A stretch of DNA of 64,000 nucleotides from Macrostomum lignano (taxonomy: Eukaryota): NCBI GenBank assembly GCA_002269645.1, contig NIVC01001134.1, positions 248,001 through 312,000 of the forward strand, given 5' to 3'. Of this stretch, positions 9,001 to 21,084 are shown piece after piece. The translations under genes and the position numbers were made by a program. Position 1 is the stretch's first letter. Each line of letters opens with the position of its first letter. Below the pieces are notes generated by a model. The model was given only the letters and a program-made list of their open reading frames with translations. It did no database searches and had not been told where the DNA came from.

Positions 9001-11771
9001 TGAGGTGATATATAAGCTATTAGCAAACTGATGTTTGAAAACATTTGATATTTTTAAAATTATTTGATATAAACATTTTTATATAGTGATTATCATTATT
9101 TGAAGTAGTTATAAACCAAAGGATTGCCAACAAAACCAATAAAATACATTAGGGCCTATTTAACAACTTAATAGTCTAGTTCAATAGTAGACCTAGAGGA
9201 AAAGGCCACTAGGGCCATGCCTCTTTAGTTATAACAAAAAATTTGTTATATTATACCTTTTGATAGACATACATGCGCAACCTCCAAAATTCGGTCGGCC
9301 GTGCGACTTAGTTTTAACAAAAAATGCGACGTAGTTTTTGGCTAAAAATGCGACTTACATGTAAAAAAAACCCTAAAGCAAAATTACCGCAACTTTGGGT
9401 AAACGGCAGGAGTAACTATGACTGTCTTATTAAGCTAAAATGCCTCGTCAGCTACTTAGTACTACTGCTTGGGTGTTTTTTCGGGTGGCCATTTTTGCGA
9501 CTTCTTTGGTTGGCCGCCAAATCGGTCGGCCGGATCGGCCGACTCGGCCGACTGTTGCGCATGTATGTTGATAGATAAAATATATAAGTTTATTTTCTAA
9601 TATTGGGTTATAAATACTTGGTATAACTTGCCCCCCTCAAAATTTTTCTTAGTCTGTCTTTGGTTGTCATTTTAAAAAAAAGATAATGTGATATAGGCCT
9701 AGATTCTTTTTTCTAAATATATTATTACTATTTATAATTATAAAATAGCACATTTTCAAAATAGCAGGCAATGGCTAGCTTTGCTGAAATAGCTGTTATA
9801 AATTGTGGTAGACCAAAATAATAATGTAACTGGGTGCTGACCAATTCAGGGACAAACAAATTCGGTGACAGAGATTCACCATAGACAAATTTGGCCAAAG
9901 CAAATTTGGCAACAATCTTGTCAAATTCAGCAATAGAATAATTCTGTATAATTTTATTAATTATTTTGGTACAATGATATCGATCATGCATATTAGCTTT
10001 CTTTTTAAATTGAGTTTGTTTTATCTATTATTTATCCTAAAATTTAATTCAATTATGCTTACCAATAAATGTTTGTTTAGGCCTGATTCTTGAAGAGATA
10101 CGCAATGCCTTTGATACAATATTTTCTATCAAAGGTCATGCATACAAGAGTTTAGTGGCTAGAGTCTCAAGGCACTTGCCACAGAAATCTAAATTTATAT
10201 AGTGTATATGTACAATAATTATATCAATTGACAATACTTCTATTCTGATATTTTCTGTATTTTTCTAAGTTAACTAACTAACTTCTACTTAGCTAACTAT
10301 GTATACCTTATAGTCATATGTCCTTAAGTTAAAGTCATATGTTGTACTATTAACAAAGGGGGTGGGGGTTGGTCTGGTCAGACAACAGATAGCTTATATC
10401 TGAAGCCTTGGTTGCAGTCAATAATTCCTTGACTGATTTAAAAATGACTTGTCACCAAATTTGCCTAAATTTTTGCCAACTGCCAAATTTGCTTTTGCCA
10501 AATTTGTCTGTGTTAATTCTGTTGCTGAATTTGTATGCATCCACTTAGGCCTAGCAACATAAGTCACCGACACCATTTGACTTTGTCTTTTGACAAAAAT
10601 AGGAAACAAAAACAAACAAATTAAAGATTTTTATAGCTTAATTCTGGATAATTTGGGAACCTGGAGTCACATTTTAAGTCAAAACCAAGCTGCATGGCTG
10701 ATGTAATTTCAGAGGTTGCATTTGCAAATGTATGGCTATTGGCTTATTATGGCTTATTAAGGTTTACTTTTATAATTATTTAGTTAGTTATCTTATCTTC
10801 ATAATTAATATTCTGAAGCTTTGACTAAGTAAAAGCATACCTGTGCTCGCAAATGAACTTCTTCCTTCAATGCAGCCTCTTTTTTAGAAAGCTCCTCTGT
10901 AACTTTATCGAGCTCATTTCTCAAACTTGTCATCTTGTTTTTAAGTGTTGCCAAAATGTTCTGGCCTTGACCCTGGTCCTTATTCGAAGACATAATCAAA
11001 TCAGTTAACACTGTATTTAAATTTCTAAGTAGGCCTAGTTCTTAGGAAAAAGTTATTTAAATCCAGTGTAAATGAGCTCAAACAAAGGCACTAAGACAAG
11101 TGGTAAAGGTTATTAAATTTACTATTAAGTGTCGTTAGCTAATTCACAAATTCGATTTTTTTCTATGAAACGCATTTTTTATCAAAATTCAAATGCCTCC
11201 TTTCGAAATAAACAAATAGATACATTTATTAGATATTTTTGCAGGATTTCAGCTGCACTAAAATACATAAAATAGGAAACTTACGTTGCTAGCTCGCTTT
11301 TCGGTCTCGTCCAAATTGGTGGTAGCTGCAGCTAATGTATCCTGCGCTTCGTCAACATTAATTTGCAATTGCTTTAATTTATTCTGAAACTCGCCCATCT
11401 CTTCTTCCTTCTTGTTCATTTCAGCTTCCTTTTCCTTTAGCTTTTCTTCCAGCTGGGTAGCTCTAAAATTTTTGAGTTGAATCCATCGGTGAGTGGGGCT
11501 TTATCGACATCTTAAACAATGCTTGCAAATTTGAATTCGAATTGTGTCGAATTCTGAGCTGGTATTCGTTCAGCATCGCAATCATACTCAAAATGTATTT
11601 GAAAACCCATGAAAGCAATCAGTGATGAAAGCAAATTCCTCATTATAATTTAAATACCATTGAAATATCAAACTCAAGTGCAATTTTCTGGTTCATCATG
11701 CAAACTTACTTTTCTCCAGCACTCTCACGCTCGTGCTTCATCACCAGCATCTTCTTCTTGATGGCGTCCAT
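50..11771 (-). CDS. TPM: Tropomyosin, long muscle-type isoform (spliced, 284 aa)
   Basis: Exons 11710-11771 ([12 protein letters not shown]), 11285-11462, 8158-8291 ([20 protein letters not shown]), 6578-6766 ([19 protein letters not shown]), 3307-3445 ([20 protein letters not shown]), 1662-1731, 50-132. All are GT-AG with compatible phases and sum to 855 nt = 284 aa + stop, the canonical tropomyosin length. Confidence 0.97.
1043..1112 (-). CDS. TPM: Tropomyosin alternative exon 8c (divergent)
   Basis: Exactly 70 nt, tttcaAG acceptor, GTTGCT donor, phase 0/1; [23 protein letters not shown]. Confidence 0.65.
1347..1416 (-). CDS. TPM: Tropomyosin alternative exon 8b
   Basis: 70 nt, phase 0/1, GTAAAA donor; [23 protein letters not shown]. 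Confidence 0.85.
1875..2125. repeat. AGGTCA-rich degenerate repeat
   Basis: Many GGTCA(A) motifs; related GGTCAT tracts at 3545-3930 and 4620-4915. Confidence 0.75.
2265..2327 (-). CDS. TPM: Tropomyosin alternative exon 7b
   Basis: 63 nt, ttgtttcttgcAG acceptor, GTAAAA donor; [21 protein letters not shown], paralogous to [21 protein letters not shown]. Confidence 0.9.
2787..3125. repeat. CTTCAGGT-based degenerate tandem repeat
   Basis: Repeated cttcaggtctgtacg / ggtttacccttcaggt units. Confidence 0.85.
4309..4455 (-). CDS. TPM: Tropomyosin alternative fused exon 5+6b
   Basis: 147 nt = 71+76, phase 0/0, GTGAAC donor; [49 protein letters not shown]. Confidence 0.88.
5734..6420. repeat. 54-bp minisatellite (~12 copies), G-quadruplex-like on minus strand
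   Basis: Unit ccctcaattttcctacccctccccagccccacctcactccgaactggacagcga, nearly invariant. Confidence 0.97.
6995..7112 (-). CDS. TPM: Tropomyosin alternative exon 4b
   Basis: 118 nt (canonical exon-4 size), AG/GT flanked, phase 2 in and 0 out; [39 protein letters not shown]. Confidence 0.88.
7229..7370. repeat. 17-bp minisatellite (~8 copies)
   Basis: Unit aggcactaaagtgcaca. Confidence 0.95.
7690..8085. repeat. 25-26-bp minisatellite
   Basis: Unit gggcgccaaagctgctgatagggag(g). Confidence 0.95.
9268..9567. mobile_element. Non-autonomous hAT-type MITE (300 bp)
   Basis: Perfect 14-bp TIRs CATACATGCGCAAC (9268-9281 / 9554-9567), perfect 8-bp TSD TTGATAGA (9260-9267 / 9568-9575), subterminal TCGGCCG and GCGACTT repeats. 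Confidence 0.9.
9397..9460 (+). pseudogene. Decayed 28S rRNA fragment (helix 69-71 region) inside the MITE
   Basis: 52/64 ungapped identity by hand to the conserved LSU sequence GGGTAAACGGCGGGAGTAACTATGACTCTCTTAAGGTAGCCAAATGCCTCGTCATCTAATTAGT (recalled, not searched). Confidence 0.85.
9850..10545. mobile_element. Decayed foldback/MITE-like element
   Basis: Inverted repeat 9883-9911 vs 10481-10509 (28/29 identical) with weaker extensions; termini and TSD not resolved. Confidence 0.45.
10841..10993 (-). CDS. TPM: Tropomyosin alternative first coding exon (short, exon-1b-like isoform)
   Basis: [51 protein letters not shown], 51 codons of coiled coil, ends in a phase-0 GTATGC donor compatible with exon 3; would give a ~255-aa short isoform. 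Confidence 0.88.
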
Positions 11772-13530
11772 GCTAAATTTTGGTTGACAACAGCACAGAA
11801 AACTTAGCGACAGAAAAGGAAACCGACGATAGCAGCGAAAAGCCTAGCGAAGTTGGGTTGCAAGTTGACCGCAGAAAAGATGAAGGCTCTGCAGTAGAAT
11901 GAAGGAGGAATAGGGCCGGCAGCCAGCAGGAAGGAGGAGGGCAATTTTGCAGCGGGCGCAGCGACATTTAACTAGGAGCTGATCCCACGTACCCCGCCCT
12001 GACCCTCGCTGCCGTCCCTGATCCCATCCGCTACCCCATTCGAACGCCACCCGCCCACTCTTTCAAGGATCCACGCAGAATTCTGGGAGACAAAAGCAAG
12101 TTTTCATCTGCAGCAAGCGAATGCCAGAGAGAGGCTGCATGAGGAGGTGGGAAGAACAGAGAGGGAGAGAGGGAAGAGAGGTCGCACTGGGCCGCACTCG
12201 GCCCCTTCGAATCGATTGCGCATTTTTACTGCAGCTGAAGCAGCCCCGATCCACTGGGCTGCAGAAGGCCAAGGTAAAATACGGCTGGAATGATGGCATT
12301 TTCCTATCCACCTAAGAACGTCGTCCATCCCGATCCCTCCCCAGAAGTGACAAAACTTCTGCAGCATGTATTCGGGCGGCGTACGCAATAATGAACTAAT
12401 TCTACCTGGTGTACATCACATGGCAGAGGTTGGTGTGGGAATCGGCAAAAGAAATTCGTCGTGTCGCATCTGCTTGGAACAGACAGACAGGGCTGCGATG
12501 CGTCAGAGGCTGCGCAGACGGGGCAGTCCAGGGGGGCAGAGCGCACGAAAGTGGAAGCAAAGTTCGAGCCACGCGTATGCAGAGCCTGAAGCAGTAAGGG
12601 ATGAATGCCTGGCATTAAGGGCCAATTCCAACAACGAATCCCGCCCTGCAGCAGACGCTTTCAGAAAGGCCGGCGCAAACCCAGCACTGAATTCTGCTAT
12701 GGTTTTCCATAGAGTTACAATTAGGGTTCCTAAGAGGATCCCTCCATAGCCGCACTTTTGTGCAAGGCGTTGAAAAGAATTATGAAGCAAGAATGCAAGC
12801 TGAAACATTGATGGAGCAAAAGTCAATAAATTCCGGTAAATAACTAAACACTTTCCTAAGAGTGCATATTCTTATTTGATCCAGCGTGCAAGAATGCTTT
12901 GGAAGTCGCCAAATGCGTGCAGAAATGCAAGTGTCTATGGTAAAAGCACCTTGAATTTACATGTGCACTCCGTGCAGTAGGAATGTCAATCGTGCAAGAA
13001 TGTAATGCGCGATGTTTCTATATTTACGAGCTAGCATAACAGCCATAGACTACAAGCATAATCTTCTTTCCATCGTGCAAGAATGTTCAGACTAGCTCGC
13101 GCATATTTTGTCTATGGTTCAAGTCTAACTCCACACCCCAGCTCCACCCTAGTCTACTTTAGCCACACATGTTGGATCAAATAAGAATGGGAATCAGGCA
13201 CTTTGACTTGTGCGTCTATGGTAAAAACCCTCGTGCGCTACGCACTCGTGTTTCAGTCATTGACGCACTCGTCAGCGTGCTAGATTCCTCCATTCGTGAT
13301 TGCCCAGTTTTTTTCGTTTTTGAAACAATCATCGCTTAATCTAGCTAGCCAAGGAATTCCAGATTTAAGAGTAGAATTCCTTGGGCTAGTCACTTGAAGA
13401 ACGTTTTCAAAAATATTAAATTACCATAGACAGAACAAATACGAGCTACTTAAAATAAATTTATTCATTTTTGGTAAGTCAATATCTCAGTTTGAATCTC
13501 TGCCAAATTTCATTTCAAGGTATCCACTAT

Positions 13531-13930
13531 AAGTGAATAATCCATAGAAGTGAATAATCCATAGAAGTGAATAATCCATAGAAGTGAATAATCCATAGAA
13601 GTGAATAATCCATAGAAGTGAATAATCCATAGGCCCTCGTGATTTATACAAATAACTCCCTCAAAAGGCATGTTTAATCTGATACGTATATCCTCAAGTG
13701 TCCTCAAGGTATCCTCAAGGTGTCCTCAAGGTATCCTCAAGGTGTCCTCAAGGTATCCTCAAGGTGTCCTCAAGGTATCCTCAAGGTATCCTCAAGTGTC
13801 CTCAAGGTATCCTCAAGGCCCTTAAGGTATCCTCAAGGTGTCCTCAAGGTATCCTCAAAGTGTCCTCAAGGTATCCTCAAGGTGTCCTCAAGGTATCCTC
13901 AAGGTGTCCTCAAAGTATCCTCAAGGTGTC
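13531..13930. repeat. Adjacent 17-bp (aagtgaataatccatag, ~6x) and 11-bp (ggtRtcctcaa) tandem repeats
   Basis: Arrays at 13531-13632 and 13689-13930. Confidence 0.92.
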
Positions 13931-14416
13931 TGAGTTCAAATCAGACGCCTCGCATACGCAATTTGGAAGTTTTGCATCGTCAAAAACTCCCCTATTTTGA
14001 AGATTTTAAAATGCCGCAATTAATTTTTACACAGCGACCACGTTGAACTCGGTGCGAAATTTCTGCAGAAAAGTTGACTTTCATGTAGAGGGTTTTAAAT
14101 TTCATGGATTTTATATAGATGCATTCTACTTTACGAAAACCTTTCGACAGCGCGAAACGTTTTGATATGTGATTTTTTCGATAGCGAACAAAGATTTATG
14201 AGCGAAACAGTCCAAATGAAAACCTTCTTTTTGCCATAAACTTTTCTTTAGTAAGATGGAAAAATTACACCGTAAAAGATTTTTACCCCCCCCCCACTCT
14301 GTAGATTCAATTTTTAAAAACTAAATCGCGTATGTTGGTGCTTTGGTGCTCCTATGAATTAACGGGTAGGCTTGCGTGCTGGGTTAGCAGGTCAGATGGG
14401 GGGCAGGGTTGCGCTC

Positions 14417-14996
<580 letters not shown>

Positions 14997-15108
14997 TTTC
15001 TAAAGAAGGCTGAAACCCGTCAGATTAATCACTTTAAAGTTGTATACGAGCGCTTCTACGTATAAGTTATAAGAAGTTGTGGGAAGTGTGGATGAGCCCA
15101 GTGGGCAG

Positions 15109-16558
15109 TCAGTTGTCAGTTTCAGTTTTTCCACCTTTCCGGACAACGTCGGCCACCAGCTCCAGCAGTCGGTCGTCTGACAGAATCGCCACGTGCTGCG
15201 CCTTGGCCAGCCGCGTCACCCGCACCGGCGCCGCCTGTTTCGCCGACCAGTCGCGACAGAGGCGCGCCGTGGACGCCGCCACAGTGCCGTCGCCGTTCTC
15301 GTGCTCGTCGGCATCAGCCACTTTGTCGCCAACCTTCGGCCAGGCGATGCTGGCCAGAGTCGGCAGGCCGTCGCCAAAAACGCAAGTGGTGGTCACTCCG
15401 GGCGGCTTGCCGACGTCCGTGAGCTCGCCGTACCTGGCCCGGCCCTCGGCGTAGCCTTTCGCGAAGCTAGCCTTGGCGAACAGGGCGGACAAGTTGGCCG
15501 TGGTGTACACGGCGTCTGGCGGCGATGGCGGAGCCCTCTTCGACTTCACCAGGGGCCGGTCAGACCCGAATAGGATGGCATCGGGCAGCAGGTAGTGCGT
15601 GCTTGGCCAGGACCGCTGAACCGTGCGGAATTGCAGCGGATTGATGGTGGGAATTCCGAGGTTGTAGCCTGGAATGCAGTGGCTATTTAGAGTAGGGAAT
15701 TCCCGGGAATGTAGCTTTGAATTGGGTGGCTATTTATAGTAGGGAACTCCCGGGAATGTAGCCTTGAATGTGGTGGCTATTTATAGTAGGGGATTCCCGG
15801 CGCTGTAGCCTTGAATGTGGTGGCTATTTATAGTAGGGGATTCCCGGATTATAGCCTCGAATGTGGTGGCTATTTATAGTTGGAAACCCGGATTGCAGCC
15901 TTGAGTGTGATGCTATCTATAGTAGGGAATTCCCACATTGTAGAGTGGAATGCAGCGGCTATTTTTAAAAACGGGGTTTCCTACATGTACATGAAAGCCT
16001 AGAATGTCGAGCTATATATAATAGGAAAATCTCATTGTCTGATATGATACAGTTGTCAGTTGTCAGTTGTTTGATTGTACAAAGTAACTTGGATTGTTGA
16101 ATTGCCAAAGTCATCTATACAGAATGCGATACGAAAGTCAGCAGTCATTACATTGGTGGAAGTCTACTTATAGATGTAGAAAGGGGAATTCCTATTTGTA
16201 GGTTGTGACCTGGAATAACACAGGAATCTCATGGTATGGAAAATTCCATGCTTCCATACCTGAAAGCATGGCCAGGAGTGAGACAGTGACACCGCCGAAT
16301 GCGCCACCGATTGCTACAAAGTGCCCGATGTACTGATCCCTCCAATGCTGCGGCTGGGAGTGCAGAAAGTGAAGCATCAGTTTGCCACCGAGGCTGTGCG
16401 CTACGAGAACCACCTTGCGACCCGAAGCTCGATGGAAAGAGTCCTCGATGAGAGTCTTCAGGGACTGGAAATAATCCCCGAGTTCGTCTGCGGACAGAAT
16501 TTATTGAGATAGACATGACTCAACTTTAATTGCAATTTCCTGCTCACCTGCCCCATGA

Positions 16559-16648
<90 letters not shown>

Positions 16649-16664
16649 TGCCCGCCCGCCTGCC

Positions 16665-16696
<32 letters not shown>

Positions 16697-16740
16697 GGTC
16701 TGTTTGTCTGTCTGTCTTTGTGTCTGTCTGTCTGTCTTTG

Positions 16741-16833
<93 letters not shown>

Positions 16834-16836
16834 TTG

Positions 16837-16890
<54 letters not shown>

Positions 16891-19800
16891 CCAACCTGGC
16901 GCCTTCCGGAAGTCGTACGGGGCGGCTTTGATGTCGATATTTTTTGTGTAGTTGAGCTTCTCCTCTAGGTGAGCAACAATGCTTGAGTAGTAGGCGGCTG
17001 GAAGGAAAATTTTAAGAAGCTGTTAAGAATCGTTCTGAATACTACATGCATATTACAATAATAAATTTTTATGGTATCAATAAAATACTAAGTTGATAGT
17101 TTGGTGAATGTGTCAATGAAATATCTAATCAAATAAACTAACGCCAGTGCTCATAATCCACGAAGTACTCACTGTACTTTGTCTGCCAGTTAGAGAGCCA
17201 CAGCACAGTGTCGACGATTCCAAAGCCGGGCACGAAAGTTTGCACTCCGACATTGTCGTGAGTCGATGCCGCGGTTAGAAAGCTTTCCGGCTGAGTCTTT
17301 AGCCTGTGATTAAGAATTATGATCAAGGTGCAAGCTGCTGTTTTCGCGTTTTTTATTTAAAAAAAAAAATAAATCCGCGGATCTGACCCATTGGAAATGA
17401 ATTGTCGGAACAGTCGGAACTGAACTGTATATATGGGACCTCCGTTTGCAAATGTCTTTGTCCAACTAATTATTATTTAAACGCTATCTAATTAATACCA
17501 ATAAGCATGAAAAAAAAACAATTCAATTAAACCAGTTGTGGCTGGTTGAGCGAGGTGGGATTGCGCTGTGATATTTAACGGTCCGCGAGACTTGCCCGGC
17601 TCAGAATTGGGGTGTGGTGGGTTTCACCGCTCACATTAAGTGAACGCGAGGGGAAATCTCGCACCCCCCAAAACCCTAACCCCTGTCTTGAAGCTGATTG
17701 GTTGAAACAAAATAGCCAGTAAATTTTGTGCGCGTCTACTATGTATGTACATTTTTCAGGCTTCCCTGTATGGTTAAGAACTGGAATAAACCGCACTGGA
17801 CTGTAAATGTCATGTCCACCTGATACCCAGGCCAAGCACCATAAATAGAGCCACTTATCACTATTATAATCTATTACCTACACCAGCAGTATCGATAAAC
17901 TCGATTGATCAACTTTCAACTTGGGACAACTAGCAATATCCAGTATGAAGCTTCTGATCGTGTCCGCCGCTCTGATCGCAGTTGCAGCTGCTCACGCTGG
18001 AGGCCATGGCAGCTCTGATCTCTACGATAGCTACGGCGGTGGCTATGGAGGCCGCGGCTCTAGAGGCTACTACGGCGGCTACGGCACTAAAGGCTACGGA
18101 GGCCACGGCGATGAGGGCTATGAAGGCTACGGAGGCCACGGCGATGAGAGCCATAAAGGCTACGGAACTGGACGCCACGACTACAGTGCAGGTTCTGAGT
18201 ACGGAAGCTACATCTACAACGGCAATGAGGATGCCAAGGACAACGGCAACGGCTACGGCAACGAAAAGTATCCATCCAAGGGGTACCGGCGTCGCCGTTG
18301 AATGCATGCGGAGCTATCTAAGATACTAGTTTGCAATTGGGTACATTGGTTAGATTTATTGATAGCAGTCTGAACGATTTTGAGTTTGTTCCGTATCGTT
18401 TTCAAAATATATACGTAGTTTTATACAAATTAATTATCTCATAACGAACGAGTCCGTTAAATTAACTAGAGGTTTTAATTCTTTCCTTAATCACTCGCTT
18501 TTATCGGTATAAAGTTTGTTAATAATCAGCATTGAAATATCTTGAAATCATTCATAATTGTCAAAAAAAACTGACTTCTGCAGCAAGAGAAAACTTCCCC
18601 AGCGTAATAAAATGAGGATTTTAGCTCACACTAGGTTGTAGGCCATGCAGTTTACAGCTGGATAGAGCAGGCTGCTCATCTCCAGCCACAGCTGTTGCGG
18701 CCTGCCCTCGGGGGACCTCCGTCGGCAGTACCAGGGACTCTCAGCGCCGTTCAGGTGCGCCCACAGCTGGCTGCCACCGTTTCCTGGCACTGCAATGGTT
18801 GTTTTCGAAAAGAGTCTGATATTGTCACGAGTATCTTTCTTGGTTAGGTAGCTGAACTGTCCGCAATGCACCAGCATTTGAAGTTAATTCCTCAGTTCAG
18901 CCCTCAGTAGTCTATGGTTCCAAATGCATTGAGCCAACCCTCAGTAGTCTATGGTTCCATATGAACTGAGCCAACCCTCCAGTAGTCTATGGTTCCAAAT
19001 GAACTGAGCCAACCCTCCAGTAGTCTATGGTTCCAAATGAACTGAGCCAACCCTCAGTAGTCTATGGTTCCAAATGAACTGAGCCAACCCTCCAGTAGTC
19101 TATGGTTCCAAATGAACTGAGCCAACCCTCAGTAGTCTATGGTTCCAAATGAACTGAGCCAACCCTCAGTAGTCTATGGTTCCAAATGCATTGAGCCAAC
19201 CCTCAGTAGTCTATGGTTCCAAATGAACTGAGCCAACCCTCAGTAGTCTATGGTTCCAAATGAACTGAGCCAACCCTCCAGTAGTCTATGGTTCCAAATG
19301 CATTGAGCCAACCCTCAGTAGTCTATGGTTCCAAATGCACTGAGCCAACCCTCAGTAGTCTATGGTTCCAAATGAACTGAGCCAACCCTCAGTAGTCTAT
19401 GGTTCCAAATGCACTGAGCCAACCCTCAGTAGTCTATGGTTCCAAATGCATTGAGCCAACCCTCAGTAGTCTATGGTTCCAAATGAACTGAGCCAACCCT
19501 CAGTAGTCTATGGTTCCAAATGCATTGAGCCAACCCTCAGTAGTCTATGGTTCCAAATGAACTGAGCCAACCCTCAGTAGTCTATGGTTCCAAATGAACT
19601 GAGCCAACCCTCAGTAGTCTATGGTTCCAAATGCATTGAGCCAACCCTCAGTAGTCTATGGTTCCAAATGCACTGAGCCAACCCTCAGTAGTCTATGGTT
19701 CCAAATGAACTGAGCCAACCCTCAGTAGTCTATGGTTCCAAATGCACTGAGCCAACCCTCAGTAGTCTATGGTTCCAAATGCATTGAGCCAACCCTCAGT

Positions 19801-20716
19801 AGTCTATGGTTCCAAATGCACTGAGCCAACCCTCAGTAGTCTATGGTTCCAAATGCATTGAGCCAACCCTCAGTAGTCTATGGTTCCAAATGAACTGAGC
19901 CAACCCTCAGTAGTCTATGGTTCCAAATGAACTGAGCCAACCCTCAGTAGTCTATGGTTCCAAATGCACTGAGCCAACCCTCAGTAGTCTATGGTTCCAA
20001 ATGCACTGAGCCAACCCTCAGTAGTCTATGGCTACAAATGCATTGAGCCAACCCTCCAGTAGTCTATGGTTACAAATGCATTGAGCCAACCCTCAGTAGT
20101 CTATGGTTACAAATGCACTGAGTCAACCCTCAGTAGTCTATGGTTACAAATGCATTGAGCAACCCTCAGTAGTCTATGGTTACAAATGCACTGAGCCAAC
20201 CCTCAGTAGTCTATGGTTACAAATGCATTGAGCCATGCAGACCTCAGTAGTCTATGGCTACAAATGCATTGAGCAACCCTCAGTAGTCTATGGTTACAAA
20301 TGCATTGAGCCAACCCTCAGTAGTCTATGGTTCCAAATGCATTGAGCCAGCCCTCAGTAGTCTATGGCTACAAATGCATTGAGCCAGCCCTCAGTAGTCT
20401 ATGGCTACAAATGCATTGAGCCAGCCCTCAGTAGTCTATGGCTACAAATGCATTCAGCCAGCCCTCAGTAGTCTATGGCTACAAATGCATTCAGCCAGCC
20501 CTCAGTAGTCTATGGCTACAAATGCATTGAGCCAGCCCTCAGTAGTCTATGGCCCAACTGGGTTTGTTAGGTACACAGATCCATCAAAATAATCCGCATC
20601 TCACCCAAGATGACTGGGGTTCTTTCTTGGCTGTCAGACCCCTGGCAGCATGCTGCTAAAAGCAGCAATGAAACGAACCAGAAGACTGGAGCCGAAAACG
20701 GAGCGCCTTGGCTCAT
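15109..20716 (-). CDS. PLA2G15: Lysosomal phospholipase A2 / LCAT-family acyltransferase (6 exons, 430 aa)
   Basis: Exons 20605-20716 (signal peptide + TPVIL), 18630-18789 (VPGNGGSQL), 17173-17303 (VPGFG), 16896-16997 ([10 protein letters not shown]), 16260-16487 (nucleophile AHSLG), 15109-15668 (NGDGTV Asp, QHVAIL His). Phases are compatible and the total is 1293 nt. The exon 2/3 junction is the least certain. Confidence 0.93.
15649..16020. repeat. 46-bp degenerate minisatellite overlapping the last PLA2G15 acceptor
   Basis: Unit gggaattcccgggaatgtagccttgaatgtggtggctatttatagta, about 7-8 copies. Confidence 0.85.
16560..16890. repeat. Compound (GCCT)n(GTCT)n microsatellite
   Basis: Fills most of PLA2G15 intron 4 and abuts the donor at 16895. 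Confidence 0.98.
17840..17848 (+). promoter_or_regulatory. Putative TATA-like box of the nested Gly/Tyr-rich gene
   Basis: CATAAATAG about 100 nt upstream of the ATG at 17945. Confidence 0.4.
17945..18301 (+). CDS. Secreted Gly/Tyr/His-rich small protein (eggshell/DOPA-protein-like), nested gene
   Basis: Intronless 118-aa [21 protein letters not shown] + [13 protein letters not shown] repeats, 17 Tyr, C-terminal RRRR. TATA-like CATAAATAG at 17840 and AATAAA at 18606-18611. Lies in intron 2 of the phospholipase gene on the opposite strand. Confidence 0.85.
   Translation: MKLLIVSAALIAVAAAHAGGHGSSDLYDSYGGGYGGRGSRGYYGGYGTKGYGGHGDEGYEGYGGHGDESHKGYGTGRHDYSAGSEYGSYIYNGNEDAKDNGNGYGNEKYPSKGYRRRR
18895..20550. 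repeat. 37-38-bp minisatellite (~44 copies)
   Basis: Unit cagtagtctatggttccaaatgaactgagccaaccct; fills PLA2G15 intron 1. Confidence 0.98.
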
Positions 20717-21084
20717 CCCGCCGCGGGCCTGTTTTGCTACTGAAAAACAAATCTGTGCAGAAAAATATTTTGCTTTCGAATCGCTTTTTCTGACCTCGAG
20801 TTTGCACCTACCGTTTTAAACTTTCTCGTATCAACTGTGAATTGTCTGCATATCTTTTCTGCTTTTATTGCACTAGATTGATAAGATATAGGCGGTCATG
20901 TACCACCTTAATCAGTGCATAGATAAGTTTCTAGAGCTCTGCAGCAAATGCCTTGAGAATTCCAAGTTCAAACTATAAGATTTAGTAAATATCATGCACT
21001 TATTTGGGAAAGTCTTAATCAACTACATTTAGGTCGATTATACAAAGTGTGCCTGTAATGAGCATGGTTTGATTGTAAAACTTC

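Noticed and set aside
12366-12749. ORF containing CRICLE (RING-variant-like start)
   Set aside because: The remaining Cys/His ligands and spacing are absent, with no supporting splice structure.
12690-13650. Possible non-autonomous element with GTCTATGG/CCATAG motifs and a CTCGTGCGCTACGCACTCGT hairpin
   Set aside because: Termini and TSD could not be defined by eye, so not reported as a feature.
18895-20550. CRISPR-like 37-bp direct repeats
   Set aside because: Repeats are head-to-tail with no unique spacers and no cas genes, in a eukaryotic intron.
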